Source: a virus. Taken from it: a stretch of DNA of 64,000 nt. Both the position numbers and the translations under genes were made by a program. Position 1 is the first letter of the stretch. Each line of letters opens with the position of its first letter. Where the stretch lies: IMG/VR virus record IMGVR_UViG_3300028534_000028, positions 1,124 through 65,123 of that record. One strand, written 5' to 3'. Of this stretch, positions 39,160 through 49,171 are shown piece after piece. The notes beneath the pieces are model-generated. The model had not been told where the DNA came from. It did not search any database and saw nothing but the letters and a program-made list of their open reading frames with translations.

Positions 39160-39519
39160 ATGTTTTTAAAATTTCAAAACACCATAATAAATATCAAAAA
39201 TATTGGTTTTATAAAAAAGAAAGATAATAGATATTATTGCCAATATCGAAAAAAAGCTAGTATAAAAGAAATTCAAATACATATGGTATTTGGAGATTTA
39301 AATGATAGTCAATATTTTATGAAACATGGTTTTTATAAATTGGATAATTATTTTATTAATCCAAATGCTATTAATTTTGTAAATGTAGAACCTATTCCAG
39401 ATTCAAACGAATCAAATATTCATTTTTCATTTATGAATGGATTGGAATTAGAATTTAAAATGGATCAGGGGCGATTCAATGTTTGGGTAAATAACAGGCT
39501 CAGAAATACTGGAAAATAA
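39160..39519 (+). CDS. hypothetical protein with two similar halves (F.K...IN...I.F)
   Basis: 119 aa, SD AGGGG. Confidence 0.6.
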   Translation: MFLKFQNTIINIKNIGFIKKKDNRYYCQYRKKASIKEIQIHMVFGDLNDSQYFMKHGFYKLDNYFINPNAINFVNVEPIPDSNESNIHFSFMNGLELEFKMDQGRFNVWVNNRLRNTGK

Positions 39520-39524
39520 TTATT

Positions 39525-39568
39525 ACGGATAAGCGTTCATAGAACGCTTATCCGTTCCTGTCGTTAAA
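39525..39568 (+). promoter_or_regulatory. hairpin + TCCTGTCGTTAAA element
   Basis: ACGGATAAGCGTTC-ATA-GAACGCTTATCCGT followed immediately by TCCTGTCGTTAAA. Confidence 0.65.
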
Positions 39569-40036
39569 TTTCGAATATATTTATATTAATAGCTAAAATT
39601 TAAACTTTAGAATAAGTATTAATAAGTATAGATATCTTATAAACAGTGATATATAAGAAGCATGAAAACTTTTTATATATTGCGCAATTAAAATTACAGG
39701 AGTGTCTTCATATGACAAAAAAAATAAAATCCACTTGGAAAGGAATCAAAAAATTAGGTAAAAAGATAATTAAATTAATGAAGAAATTGATTAAGAAGTT
39801 TTCAAAAGTTTTAAAAAAACTTACGGAACCTAAATTTCTAATATTTATAAGTTTTGTAAACTTTACGGATATTAGTAATAATATGGATAATATAAATATA
39901 TTTATAAATTTATAAATATTGGAAATTTAATTATTTAGTTAATAATATAAGCGAAAGCTCTTAGTAAATGGTAAGTCTAACTTCTCGTCGGTGGACGTTA
40001 AGCACAAAAAATTTTAAATATAAAAAGGATAAAAAA

Positions 40037-40195
40037 ATGAAACATAATGAAAATACAAGAAAACTTATAAAAGTTTTCTTAACGTTAAATCCTAAAGGGT
40101 CGGTATCTGAGTTCAGTAAATGTAAAAAATGTTTACAATCGGGAGTTGATTTGCTTGTGGCATCTGGTAACCAACGAGTTATAGAAACTATGTAA
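40037..40195 (+). CDS. small hypothetical protein
   Basis: ATG 40037 with SD AAGGA inside track ORF 39968. Confidence 0.45.
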   Translation: MKHNENTRKLIKVFLTLNPKGSVSEFSKCKKCLQSGVDLLVASGNQRVIETM

Positions 40196-40530
40196 TGGTA
40201 GAAAATGGTAGAAATGGTGTAATCATGGTTGATAATATGATTGGAAAAACTTTTGGTAAATTAAAAGTAATTGAGTTTACCAAAAGTAAACATTCTCACA
40301 AATACTATAATTGTAAATGCGAATGTGGTAAAATAAAAGAAGTTTCCGGACCTAATTTAAGATCTGGAAATACTGCGGGATGCGGGAGCTGTAATAAGAA
40401 AAAAATTTTTTCTATTACAGATGAAGAAATTATACGAAAAATAAATGAATCGAATATAACCCAAGTTGCTAAAGAACTTGGTTGTACTAGAGGAGTACTT
40501 TATCGTATTAAAAAGGAGAATGAATGCTAG
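40195..40530 (+). CDS. homing-endonuclease-associated Zn domain + HTH, no nuclease domain
   Basis: IGKTFGKLKV...CKCECG...LRSGNT.GCGSC; ITQVAKELGCTRGVLY. Confidence 0.65.
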   Translation: MVENGRNGVIMVDNMIGKTFGKLKVIEFTKSKHSHKYYNCKCECGKIKEVSGPNLRSGNTAGCGSCNKKKIFSITDEEIIRKINESNITQVAKELGCTRGVLYRIKKENEC

Positions 40531-40949
40531 AACGTAAAATTCTTATGGGAATTATTTTATATAGTTTTTTATATACAATTCCAAAAAGTTTTCCCATTGG
40601 TAAAATGGGTCGTAAAAACATTATGAAAGCTCTTAAGAAACAACTTAAGATTTATGATGTTAAAAAAGGTCGTAAAGAGTATTTAAAGCTTATCGAATTG
40701 GCCGAAACTGTTATGTCAAATACTAAGGTTGTTTTTTCGGGAGAAGAATTAGAAATGCTTAATCCAGGAGCTTTATTCGCAATCCTTGAAAAAAATTATC
40801 CAGAGTATTTAGAAATTTTTGAAATTAAGCAATCGTGGCTTGATAACATCAAGGGTAATTATTTGGGTACAGGAAATAATACTTTTGTAAGTGTTAAGTA
40901 CACTAATAAACTTATTAGTGAAATTGAAGAAAATTGTAAAGGATTATAA
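40524..40949 (+). CDS. hypothetical protein
   Basis: 141 aa, SD AAGGAG. Confidence 0.65.
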   Translation: MLERKILMGIILYSFLYTIPKSFPIGKMGRKNIMKALKKQLKIYDVKKGRKEYLKLIELAETVMSNTKVVFSGEELEMLNPGALFAILEKNYPEYLEIFEIKQSWLDNIKGNYLGTGNNTFVSVKYTNKLISEIEENCKGL

Positions 40950-41212
40950 TGTCGGATGAGAAAGAATCAAATGACCAAAATGAATTAAACGAGATCGGAG
41001 AGATAAAAATAAGTTATCGTAGAAATTCTAATTGGGATATAGAAGTTTTTAATTTGGAAAAACATGATTTGGTTGATTTAAAGTCTATTATATTTGAAAG
41101 ACTTTTATATAAACATAAAGATGGTAATCTTGATTTTGATATCATTGATATTAAAATAAAATATACTGGAAATTTATTATTTACGGTTATTGTTTTTTAC
41201 CAAATTAAATAA
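40949..41212 (+). CDS. hypothetical protein
   Basis: 87 aa, coupled. Confidence 0.6.
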   Translation: MSDEKESNDQNELNEIGEIKISYRRNSNWDIEVFNLEKHDLVDLKSIIFERLLYKHKDGNLDFDIIDIKIKYTGNLLFTVIVFYQIK

Positions 41213-41228
41213 TGCGAGAGGATCGAGA

Positions 41229-41635
41229 GTGATTACAAAACAGGTAAAATTATTAAAATTAGCTAAAGGTTATAAAGCTGGAAAACCAGCTTTAGTTGAG
41301 TTCGATACTTTAGTATCACTGTTTGAAGAAAGAAACGGTTTAGCCAAAGAACTTAGTGAAGTACTTGAAGAAAATCAAAAACTTCGAGAACAACTAAAAA
41401 AAGAACGTAGAGTAAATGATACAAAAGAAAGAAGTTGGTTAGAGAAATTAAAAAATCTAGGAGTACCGACAGATAAAGCAAATAAATCGGCTGGTAATTC
41501 CGTTCTAGCCGATTTACAATGTAATTCTTTCTAGCCGATTTACAATGTAAGTTAAAAAATAAACATGATAAAAAGGCTCGGCGTAAAAAAATTTTTACGA
41601 AAGCAGAATTATTATTGGGAGATTACCAAGAATAA
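41229..41635 (+). pseudogene. paralogue of 42523-42912 disrupted by a 26-nt duplication
   Basis: GTG start; TTCTAGCCGATTTACAATGTAA at 41503-41524 and 41529-41550; removing the extra copy restores ...KKIFTKAELLLGDYQE*. Confidence 0.75.
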
Positions 41636-41660
41636 TTAAAATTACATAAAAGGAGAAAAG

Positions 41661-41864
41661 TTGTTAGAAATTAAATTAAATAAGTATTTAAAAAAACATA
41701 ATGTAACTGAAAAAGAAATTCTTGATTTTAGAATAGAGGATTTTTACTTTAGTGAAGGATTGTTTTATATGAAGGTGAGGTGTAAAAGCATGGATTCATT
41801 TAATGATGAATTGTGGTTTAGTGTCGAAGTACCACTTGGAAAAGTAGTATTTGAAGATAAGTAA
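41661..41864 (+). CDS. hypothetical protein
   Basis: TTG start, SD AAGGAG. Confidence 0.6.
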   Translation: MLEIKLNKYLKKHNVTEKEILDFRIEDFYFSEGLFYMKVRCKSMDSFNDELWFSVEVPLGKVVFEDK

Positions 41865-41901
41865 AATTTAAATAAAAATTTAAATAAAAAAGGAAAATAA
41901 A

Positions 41902-42510
41902 ATGTTAAAATCAGTACAAAAAATGGTTGTGAGTTTAGTAGTTGTTCTTGGAATTTTTAGTGTAGCTTCGGTGAAAGCTAGCGAGCCAGAAGTAATCTAT
42001 TCAATGGACCAATTTAAAAATGGTAATGAAAAATTAGGAACGTTCTTTATTCCTAAACCACATCACGGAACGATTAAATATTCTGTAGAGTTGGCTAATT
42101 TAAAAGGTTCTACCTTAATGGAACCGGAATTATTACAAGGCGTATTTGTAAATAAGGCTCAAGAAGTTGTAAACTCAAGTCCATTAAAAAGAAGATTATT
42201 CTTAGGAAAAGATTTAATCTTATATGTATTCGTAGATCCAAAATTTTTCAGAATTGGTGTTGATATCGCAAATCCAGGAAGTCTGACTGGACGTATTATG
42301 ATTGATATGGATAAAGCTAATTTAGATAAAAATGGAAAAAAAATAGTAATTATCCAAATGCCGGAAGATAAGTTAATAGTACAAGTCGAAATTTTTGATA
42401 TTGGTAAATCCAAAAGAAAACAATACGGTATTAAAGTAACTGCTGTCTATAATGAAGAGGATGCTTTTAAAATTTTTAGAACGTTCGAAGGTGTTTTAAA
42501 AATTTGGTAA
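41902..42510 (+). CDS. exported protein with signal peptide
   Basis: Basic N-terminus, hydrophobic MVVSLVVVLGIFSVA, VKA-S cleavage-like site. Confidence 0.65.
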   Translation: MLKSVQKMVVSLVVVLGIFSVASVKASEPEVIYSMDQFKNGNEKLGTFFIPKPHHGTIKYSVELANLKGSTLMEPELLQGVFVNKAQEVVNSSPLKRRLFLGKDLILYVFVDPKFFRIGVDIANPGSLTGRIMIDMDKANLDKNGKKIVIIQMPEDKLIVQVEIFDIGKSKRKQYGIKVTAVYNEEDAFKIFRTFEGVLKIW

Positions 42511-42522
42511 AAAGGATGAATT

Positions 42523-42912
42523 ATGGTATATACTAGAGAGAAAATTGAAGCTATGAGAATAGCCAAAGGGTATAAGGTTGGGGAACCAGCCTTAGTAGCA
42601 TTTGAGGTATTAATAGAGTTGATTGAGTCTAAAGAACAAGCACTCGATGAAGTTCAGGAATTAATTGAAGAAAATAAAAAACTTCGTGATCAATTAAAAA
42701 CTGAAAGAATTGCTAATGCGAATAAGGAGAGAGATTATCTAAAGGAATTAAAAAAATTAGAAAATCAAATTGAAAAAGCTAATGTAGCAGCGAGTACTTT
42801 CTTAGCGGCGGAAGTTCATAGAAAATTCAAAGCTAAAAAAGTTGCGGCGAAATTAGAAAAGAAAAAAATCTTTTCCAAAACTGATTTATTATTAGGAGCA
42901 TATAATGAGTAA
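42523..42912 (+). CDS. coiled-coil protein, paralogue of 41229-41635
   Basis: AKGYK.G.PALV.F and KKIF.K..LLLG.Y.E shared. Confidence 0.7.
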   Translation: MVYTREKIEAMRIAKGYKVGEPALVAFEVLIELIESKEQALDEVQELIEENKKLRDQLKTERIANANKERDYLKELKKLENQIEKANVAASTFLAAEVHRKFKAKKVAAKLEKKKIFSKTDLLLGAYNE

Positions 42913-43185
42913 CGAAAGTGGTAGATCACTTTTACCAAAAGGTGAAAAAGTATAGTAATCGTTTGGTAAGCGTTAATTTTAAAAGAAGAGGAAGTTCCAG
43001 AAGCTTTAGAAATGTTAAAAGATATGGGAGCCAAAGAAAAGCACACTGTTGTATCATGGTTACGGATATGTCACTTTCAGCAATATTCGGGATGCTCATA
43101 AATTAACGACATGAATAGAAATAATAGTATAGATAATACTATTATTTCTTCCGACAATTTATTTTATTTTTTTATTTAAAAACGC

Positions 43186-43309
43186 GATAACTATCTATAG
43201 TAAACTATCAATGGTATAACCATCTTTAGTTGATATATAGATAGCTATACTACTATACATACTATCAACTAAAGATACCACATACTATGAATAGTTAACT
43301 AAGTGTCGT
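43186..43309. repeat. dispersed palindromic element, copy 3, at the convergence of the two gene blocks
   Basis: TATCTATAGTAAACTATCAATGGTATAACCAT, TATAGATAGCTATACTACTAT, GATACCAC, AATAGTTAACTA; 14-bp IR 43222-43235/43263-43276. Confidence 0.8.
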
Positions 43310-43329
43310 ATGTTAGATATTTACCTATT

Positions 43330-43369
43330 TTTACCGACAGGAGAGGAATTCCGGAATTTCCGGAATTCC
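43330..43369 (-). promoter_or_regulatory. hairpin + TCCTGTCGGTAAA element
   Basis: GGAATTCCGGAA-N-TTCCGGAATTCC (43345-43369), then TCTCCTGTCGGTAAA on the - strand. Confidence 0.65.
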
Positions 43370-43376
43370 AAAATTA

Positions 43377-43889
43377 TTAATTTTCTATTTTATTGACTAA
43401 TGGACCCTTTCTACGGTACTTTGTTCCTATGGATTGAATAAGACCAACCTCATAATCTAAAAGTTCTTTAGCGTCAGCAAAGACCTGATGGATAACGATC
43501 CAGTTTAATTGATATTCTTTCCAATCATGTGGAACTCCTAACTCATTATTCTTTTTCGCTATTTCCATATTTTTTTCTATTTCTTTAAATTTTTCAACTT
43601 TTAAAACATTATGTTCTTTATTTTTTAAGTAAGATTGTATGTGTTGGTTATGTCTATAACCCGCACCTCTAGAAGCTTTGCCAACGTAAATAGGTTCGTA
43701 AGCACTACAATATCTTTTACCATCTGGAGCCTTAATATCAAAAGCTTTGTTCAATTTTTTAAAAGGATCTAAATAAATATAAATATAAAATTGATATCTG
43801 TTATAATTGAAATTATCTACTTTTGGATAAATTTTATAAAGTTTCAATAAATTCATATTATTACAAGTGCTTTTGATATTTTGATTCAT
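43377..43889 (-). CDS. GIY-YIG family endonuclease
   Basis: FYIYIYLDP...EPIYVGKA...R...H, later E in YEVGLI. Confidence 0.7.
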   Translation of the reverse strand: MNQNIKSTCNNMNLLKLYKIYPKVDNFNYNRYQFYIYIYLDPFKKLNKAFDIKAPDGKRYCSAYEPIYVGKASRGAGYRHNQHIQSYLKNKEHNVLKVEKFKEIEKNMEIAKKNNELGVPHDWKEYQLNWIVIHQVFADAKELLDYEVGLIQSIGTKYRRKGPLVNKIEN

Positions 43890-43890
43890 A

Positions 43891-44259
43891 TTATACTCCT
43901 AGTTTTTCAATTGTTTTTTCAGTAATCTTATCTATAAAAGAAATATCTTGAACCAAAGAATCTAGAATTTCTTTTTTAATTATTTCTTTATTTTCAGTTA
44001 ACGAAGTTTTTAAAAGTTCTAATTCTAATCTTAAGTTGGTATTTTCTTCAATTAGATTTTCTATGGTAACTTTTTCAATTTCCATAAATTTTTTTAAATT
44101 ATCTATTTCTTCTTGGATTTTTTTATCTAAATTATCTTGAAAATATTTATTATCTTTAGATATAAAATCAATTTTTTTAGTTATTTCTTTTTTAAAAGAA
44201 ATAGTTTTATTATTAAAATAATTTTTTAATTCTTTAAATATTTCGTTATAATTCTCCAT
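43891..44259 (-). CDS. coiled-coil hypothetical protein
   Basis: 122 aa, SD AAGGA. Confidence 0.6.
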   Translation of the reverse strand: MENYNEIFKELKNYFNNKTISFKKEITKKIDFISKDNKYFQDNLDKKIQEEIDNLKKFMEIEKVTIENLIEENTNLRLELELLKTSLTENKEIIKKEILDSLVQDISFIDKITEKTIEKLGV

Positions 44260-44269
44260 ATTTAAATCC

Positions 44270-44464
44270 TTATTCTATTTCAGAAGCTTCTTGCTCCGCT
44301 AATAATTTTAATTCTTCTTCGGTTTTAAAAAATTCTTTTTCTAAATCAACTCCGTCAAAACGTACTATTTTTCCATCTGCTTCTACCTCTTTAGTATTCA
44401 CGTCATATTTAATTACTCCCGCATCTGGGAGTAATTTTTTAAAAGTTTGCATTTTAATTCTCAT
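44270..44464 (-). CDS. small hypothetical protein, possibly fibre-associated
   Basis: 64 aa, SD AAGGA. Confidence 0.55.
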   Translation of the reverse strand: MRIKMQTFKKLLPDAGVIKYDVNTKEVEADGKIVRFDGVDLEKEFFKTEEELKLLAEQEASEIE

Positions 44465-44475
44465 TTTTATTTCCT

Positions 44476-47400
44476 TTAATGTATTTTATAAAGTTGAGCT
44501 TTAAGTAAAAAGGTAACCTCAGAATAAACTAAACTTCTTAACATAATTCTAACTTCTTGGCGTTCTTTTAAAACGATTTGTCCACTCGCATTGTTATAAT
44601 TACCTTGAGTACAATCCATAAGATTAAACATATTGGTATCTTTAGATTTATAAGTATCGTCTAAATAAGTACTTGGTGTTAAACTACCATAAGAATCGAA
44701 ATCCCCTTGTGGAAGTACTAAAGCCTGACCAATAAATTCATCAATATCTGTATAATTAGCTTTTATATTATCAATATAATTTTCAGTACTTATATTAAAA
44801 TTATAAACTCCAGCATCTAAAGTAATTGTTTTCATAACCTGCCAATCTGTAACAGAAACCATTAAATATTGAGAACTTCTAAGAGAATTTAATTCAGTTC
44901 TTGGTTCTGGTAAAATAGAAACCGTTTCGGATGATGTGCTAGGCAATTCGACCGATTCAATAAAACCATTGCTATTAGTAAGAGTTAATATATTTCCAGA
45001 AACATTTAACGCTTTACCATCTTCGGCTAATCCAACATATTCCGATTTTAATACTAAATCGGTAATTTCTTTACCATTTAAAGTATTCGTATCTAAAGAT
45101 TTAGAAACTATTTTTCTACCTTCTAAAACATCATTAATGTTATTTTCTAGTTCTGCTTCTTTAGAAGCACTTCTTTTAATTTCATTATCAATTTTATTGG
45201 CTAAAAGATTTTCTGCATCTACTGCTCTTTTTTCTTCATTCTTTATTTTAGCAATTAATTCTGTATCATCGTAATTAACAATATCCAAATTTTTTAAAGC
45301 TTCCGAAGTTAAATCATTTAATTTTATTTCTAAAGCAGCCGTATCGGTAATTAATTTAGTAATTTCTTCATTAACGATATTATTATTAGTATCTGAGCTA
45401 ATTTTTAATTCTTCTATAGTTTTATTAGTTAATTCTAATTCGCTTTTTAATTTTGAATTAGCTTCTTCGGTACTTACTAAAGTTTCTTTAATTGAAATTA
45501 AATCTGATAATACTTGATTAAGTTCTTCGGTTTTAGTTTCTAAATTACTTAGTCTACTTTCATTAGCTGTAATTAAATCACCAATATCTTTATTTTCAAT
45601 ATCTATAGAATTAATATAATTGATAACTTTAGCAAACGAATCTAAATCCATCGTACTACCATTTATAATATCTTCTATTTGATTTTTTACAATTACTATT
45701 TTGTTTTCTAATTCACTTTCTTTATTGATAGCTCGTTCTTCTTCTTTAGCAATTAAGGAATGTACTTCTGTATCGTCGTATGCTTCTGGAATTTGGATAT
45801 CTTCCATTTTAGAAGATAAACTATTTAAACTAGAATTTATTTCATCAAGTTCTTTATTAATATTTTCAATATCTAAAAGAGCTTGGTTAAATTGTTCTAA
45901 TTCTTCTTCAGTCATTCCTTCGTTATCATCAGAATCATCATTTAGAAAACGATCGTAATATGTAATTTTATCATTTATTTGCGAAAAATCATTATTTAAT
46001 AGAGTTAACGAATTCTTTAATTCTGCAACCGTTTCTGATTTTTCTATTTTACTATCCAAATCAATATTTTCCAAAATATTAATTTTTTCGTTAAGTTCGT
46101 TTAGTTTTTCATCTGTTTCTAAAGTTTTACTTTCCGTTGTATTTATTTTTTCTAATAATACTCCTGTATTATTATTTAAAACTTCTTCGGTTGTATTTAA
46201 TTTGGTTTCGGTACTAGCTAATCTAGTTTCCAAATCAATTTGTTTTTTATCGGTTTCCGTAAATTTATATTCATAATCTGCTTTTATTTTAGCTTCAGCT
46301 TCATTAATATTTTTTACTTCGTCGTTAAAAAGAGTTTTAAATGTATTTTCATTAACTTCTAAATTATTTTGTATTTCCGTTACTTTATCATTTAAATCTT
46401 TATCTAAAGAATTTAAATTATTTTCAAATTTTATATCTAGATTTTTTAAATCGGTTTCGAATTTTTCTAATTTTACAGTATGATCATTTAAAGTATTTTC
46501 TAATAATTGTTCTACTGTTTTTGATCTGGTAGTTTCATTTTCTACTTTAGTATCTATTGTAGAAACACTTTCGCTTATTTCAAGAACTTTTTCATTATTT
46601 TCATTTTTTATAGCAATTTCTTCTTTAGAAGCTCTAGCGGTTTCGAGAATTACTTTTTCATCAACTGCTTTTATTTTATTATTAATTTCTGCAATTATTG
46701 CAGGTAATCGATCATCAGATTCTAAATCAATACTATTAACCAAATTTACTATTTCCGCAAAAGTTTCGGTATCTGTGGTACTGGCGGTTAAGATAGAATC
46801 AATACGAGAACTTTCGATGGAAAGTAAAGAATTAATTTTATCCACCGTCGCATCATAAACTCTATATTTTTCATCAATTGTTGTTTGTAAACGTTGTTCT
46901 TCTAAAATAGCTCTAGAAGTTTCGTTTTCAATTTTAGTATTTAATTCGGATTCTGATTTTTCAGCACGCGCGTTTTCATTAATAATATCAGTTTTTAGAG
47001 AATTTTCATTGGTTCTAGCTGTAAGAATTTCATTATCTATTTTAGTATCTAAAATATCACTTTTCTTAACACAGTCTTCTTCTAATTCATCAATCTGTTC
47101 TTGAAGATCAGCCTCTACCGATTTAGCCCTAGAAATTTCATTATCTAATCGAGAGTTAATATAATTTTCTTCTTTTGTAGCTCTAATATTTTCTTGTGAA
47201 ATTAAACTATTTAAATAATCTTCTTTAATTTTAGCTCTATCGATTTCATTATCTAAATTATCCGATAATTTTAATTCTTCCGATTTAGCTCTTTGAATTT
47301 CATTATCTAAATTTTCAGCTATTTCTTTTTCGCTTTTAGAAGCTCTAACTACTTCAATATTAATTTCATTTTGAATAGTATTTTCTGCATCAGTTGCTCT

Positions 47401-48759
47401 AATTATTTCATTATCTATTTTATCATCTAATTTTAAATAATTTGATTTATGTTTACTATCGCAATCGTCAATCTGTTCTTGAAGATATCTTTCCGATTCT
47501 AAAGCTCTATTGGTTTCGTCTTCGATTTTATTATCTAAAGCTTCTTCTGATGTTTTAGCTCGAACTGTTTCATCTTCTAAATCTAAAGCAATTTCCTTTT
47601 CCCTTTTAGAAGCTCTAGTTGTTTCAATATTCAATTGATTTTGAATAACATCTTCCGACGTACCTGCTCGAATAATTTCATTATCTATTTTATTATCTAA
47701 TTCTTGAATAACTTTATTATTACTAACGACATATCCAGCAAATGCGTTATCATTTTCCAAATCAACCGCTTCTATAAAATCAACTATTTCTTTAAATGAA
47801 TCTTTATCCGTTGTACTTAAAGCCAACATATTATCGATTCTTTCAGTCTGAATTCTTAAATCATTTTCTAAAGCAATATCACCAGCAATTCTTGCTTGTT
47901 CTTCTTGTTTAAGATTAAATGTTAAAGTATTGTTATTTTCATCAATTTGATCTTGAAGATCCGCCTCAACTGCTTTAGCTCTAGAAATCTCATCGTTTAA
48001 ATCAGAATGAATACAATTATCATTTTCAGTAATTTGATCCTGAAGATTTTGTTCTTTAGTTTTAGCCCTGGAAATTTCGGCATTTAAATTATTAGTAATA
48101 TTTAATTCTGCCTCTATAGCTCTTGAAGTTTCATTTTTAATATTAGTATTTAGAATATTTTCTTGATTTTTAGCTCTTTGAATTTCAGTATTTAAATTAT
48201 CAGTTAAAGTATTTTCGGCATCTGTAGCACGAGAACCTTCCTTAGAAATCAATTCTTTAATATCTGTCAATTCGATCTGAACGGTATCTTTATCCGCTTT
48301 AGTAAGTTTTAAAGTATCTAATTGATCCTGTAATGAAATTCTTAACGTATTAATAACATCGATTAAAGCAGCATTTAAATCATCTATGAGTTTTTGAGCC
48401 AAAATTTTATCTATTTTTCTATCATCTAATTCATCGGTAACCGTTAAAAGTTCCTGTCGAACTTTTTTTAAATTTTCCGTGGATTCTATTTTATCAATTT
48501 TCTTTTCATCCAATGTTCCGTAATTGGAATCAATTTTATTGTTAAGATCTGCTAAATCTTTTGCGTATTTTATCAATGTGACAAATTCTTCTACTGCATT
48601 TTCAAATTTTAAGTCAATTTTATCTAAGGTCTCTGTTTTTACATCAACTATTTTTTGTTCAATTATCTGTACATCTTTTTCAACCGAAACCAAAACCTCG
48701 TTAACTTTTACTTCAGTATGTCTTGAAGTTTCTACTGCCAATTCTTCTAATAATGACAT
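44476..48759 (-). CDS. long coiled-coil tail fibre/whisker-like protein
   Basis: 1427 aa; repeated E..RA...E..L; three DSF.EI/V..I junction motifs; C-terminal beta-rich domain. Confidence 0.7.
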   Translation of the reverse strand: MSLLEELAVETSRHTEVKVNEVLVSVEKDVQIIEQKIVDVKTETLDKIDLKFENAVEEFVTLIKYAKDLADLNNKIDSNYGTLDEKKIDKIESTENLKKVRQELLTVTDELDDRKIDKILAQKLIDDLNAALIDVINTLRISLQDQLDTLKLTKADKDTVQIELTDIKELISKEGSRATDAENTLTDNLNTEIQRAKNQENILNTNIKNETSRAIEAELNITNNLNAEISRAKTKEQNLQDQITENDNCIHSDLNDEISRAKAVEADLQDQIDENNNTLTFNLKQEEQARIAGDIALENDLRIQTERIDNMLALSTTDKDSFKEIVDFIEAVDLENDNAFAGYVVSNNKVIQELDNKIDNEIIRAGTSEDVIQNQLNIETTRASKREKEIALDLEDETVRAKTSEEALDNKIEDETNRALESERYLQEQIDDCDSKHKSNYLKLDDKIDNEIIRATDAENTIQNEINIEVVRASKSEKEIAENLDNEIQRAKSEELKLSDNLDNEIDRAKIKEDYLNSLISQENIRATKEENYINSRLDNEISRAKSVEADLQEQIDELEEDCVKKSDILDTKIDNEILTARTNENSLKTDIINENARAEKSESELNTKIENETSRAILEEQRLQTTIDEKYRVYDATVDKINSLLSIESSRIDSILTASTTDTETFAEIVNLVNSIDLESDDRLPAIIAEINNKIKAVDEKVILETARASKEEIAIKNENNEKVLEISESVSTIDTKVENETTRSKTVEQLLENTLNDHTVKLEKFETDLKNLDIKFENNLNSLDKDLNDKVTEIQNNLEVNENTFKTLFNDEVKNINEAEAKIKADYEYKFTETDKKQIDLETRLASTETKLNTTEEVLNNNTGVLLEKINTTESKTLETDEKLNELNEKINILENIDLDSKIEKSETVAELKNSLTLLNNDFSQINDKITYYDRFLNDDSDDNEGMTEEELEQFNQALLDIENINKELDEINSSLNSLSSKMEDIQIPEAYDDTEVHSLIAKEEERAINKESELENKIVIVKNQIEDIINGSTMDLDSFAKVINYINSIDIENKDIGDLITANESRLSNLETKTEELNQVLSDLISIKETLVSTEEANSKLKSELELTNKTIEELKISSDTNNNIVNEEITKLITDTAALEIKLNDLTSEALKNLDIVNYDDTELIAKIKNEEKRAVDAENLLANKIDNEIKRSASKEAELENNINDVLEGRKIVSKSLDTNTLNGKEITDLVLKSEYVGLAEDGKALNVSGNILTLTNSNGFIESVELPSTSSETVSILPEPRTELNSLRSSQYLMVSVTDWQVMKTITLDAGVYNFNISTENYIDNIKANYTDIDEFIGQALVLPQGDFDSYGSLTPSTYLDDTYKSKDTNMFNLMDCTQGNYNNASGQIVLKERQEVRIMLRSLVYSEVTFLLKAQLYKIH

Positions 48760-48769
48760 ATAATTTCCT

Positions 48770-49162
48770 TTATTTTAGATTATTTTTAAAATCTTCTATA
48801 GTACCAATATAGTTTTTAAAATTGGTAATATCAGCCTTTATATTTAGTTTATCCAAATCATTAGCGTCTTTATATTCAGTATCTCGTTTAAGAAAATCTT
48901 GAAAATCCACATGGAAACTATAAATATCCATTTTAATAATGTTTATTTTCATCATTAAATCTTTATATAATTTTCCTACTTTTGATCCAATGAATGGAAG
49001 AAGTTTATCGTTTGGTACATCGTCCGTATATAAAATATCTTCTTCAGAAGTATTAGTAATAATACTTCTGAGAACATTTTCATCTTCCTTTACCATTAAA
49101 TCTATTTGATCTACTGGATCATCTGTTGTAGTCGTTGTAGTTGTTGTAGTTGTATCTGCCAT
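48770..49162 (-). CDS. hypothetical protein with N-terminal poly-Thr
   Basis: 130 aa, SD AAGGA. Confidence 0.65.
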   Translation of the reverse strand: MADTTTTTTTTTTDDPVDQIDLMVKEDENVLRSIITNTSEEDILYTDDVPNDKLLPFIGSKVGKLYKDLMMKINIIKMDIYSFHVDFQDFLKRDTEYKDANDLDKLNIKADITNFKNYIGTIEDFKNNLK

Positions 49163-49171
49163 CGTCTATCC

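Noticed and set aside
39646-39915. 89-aa basic ORF
   Set aside because: Low-complexity AT-rich sequence; a shorter version from ATG 39712 (SD CAGGAG) is possible but unsupported, so it is not called
42918-43106. 62-aa ORF in the track
   Set aside because: More likely an off-frame reading of a decayed gene starting at ATG 42905 (MSNESGRSLLPKGEKV* ... ALILKEEEVPEALEMLK)
18054-48459. TTCCTGTCG at 18054 and 48451 as further regulatory copies
   Set aside because: Inside CDSs with no adjacent hairpin or stop; treated as background
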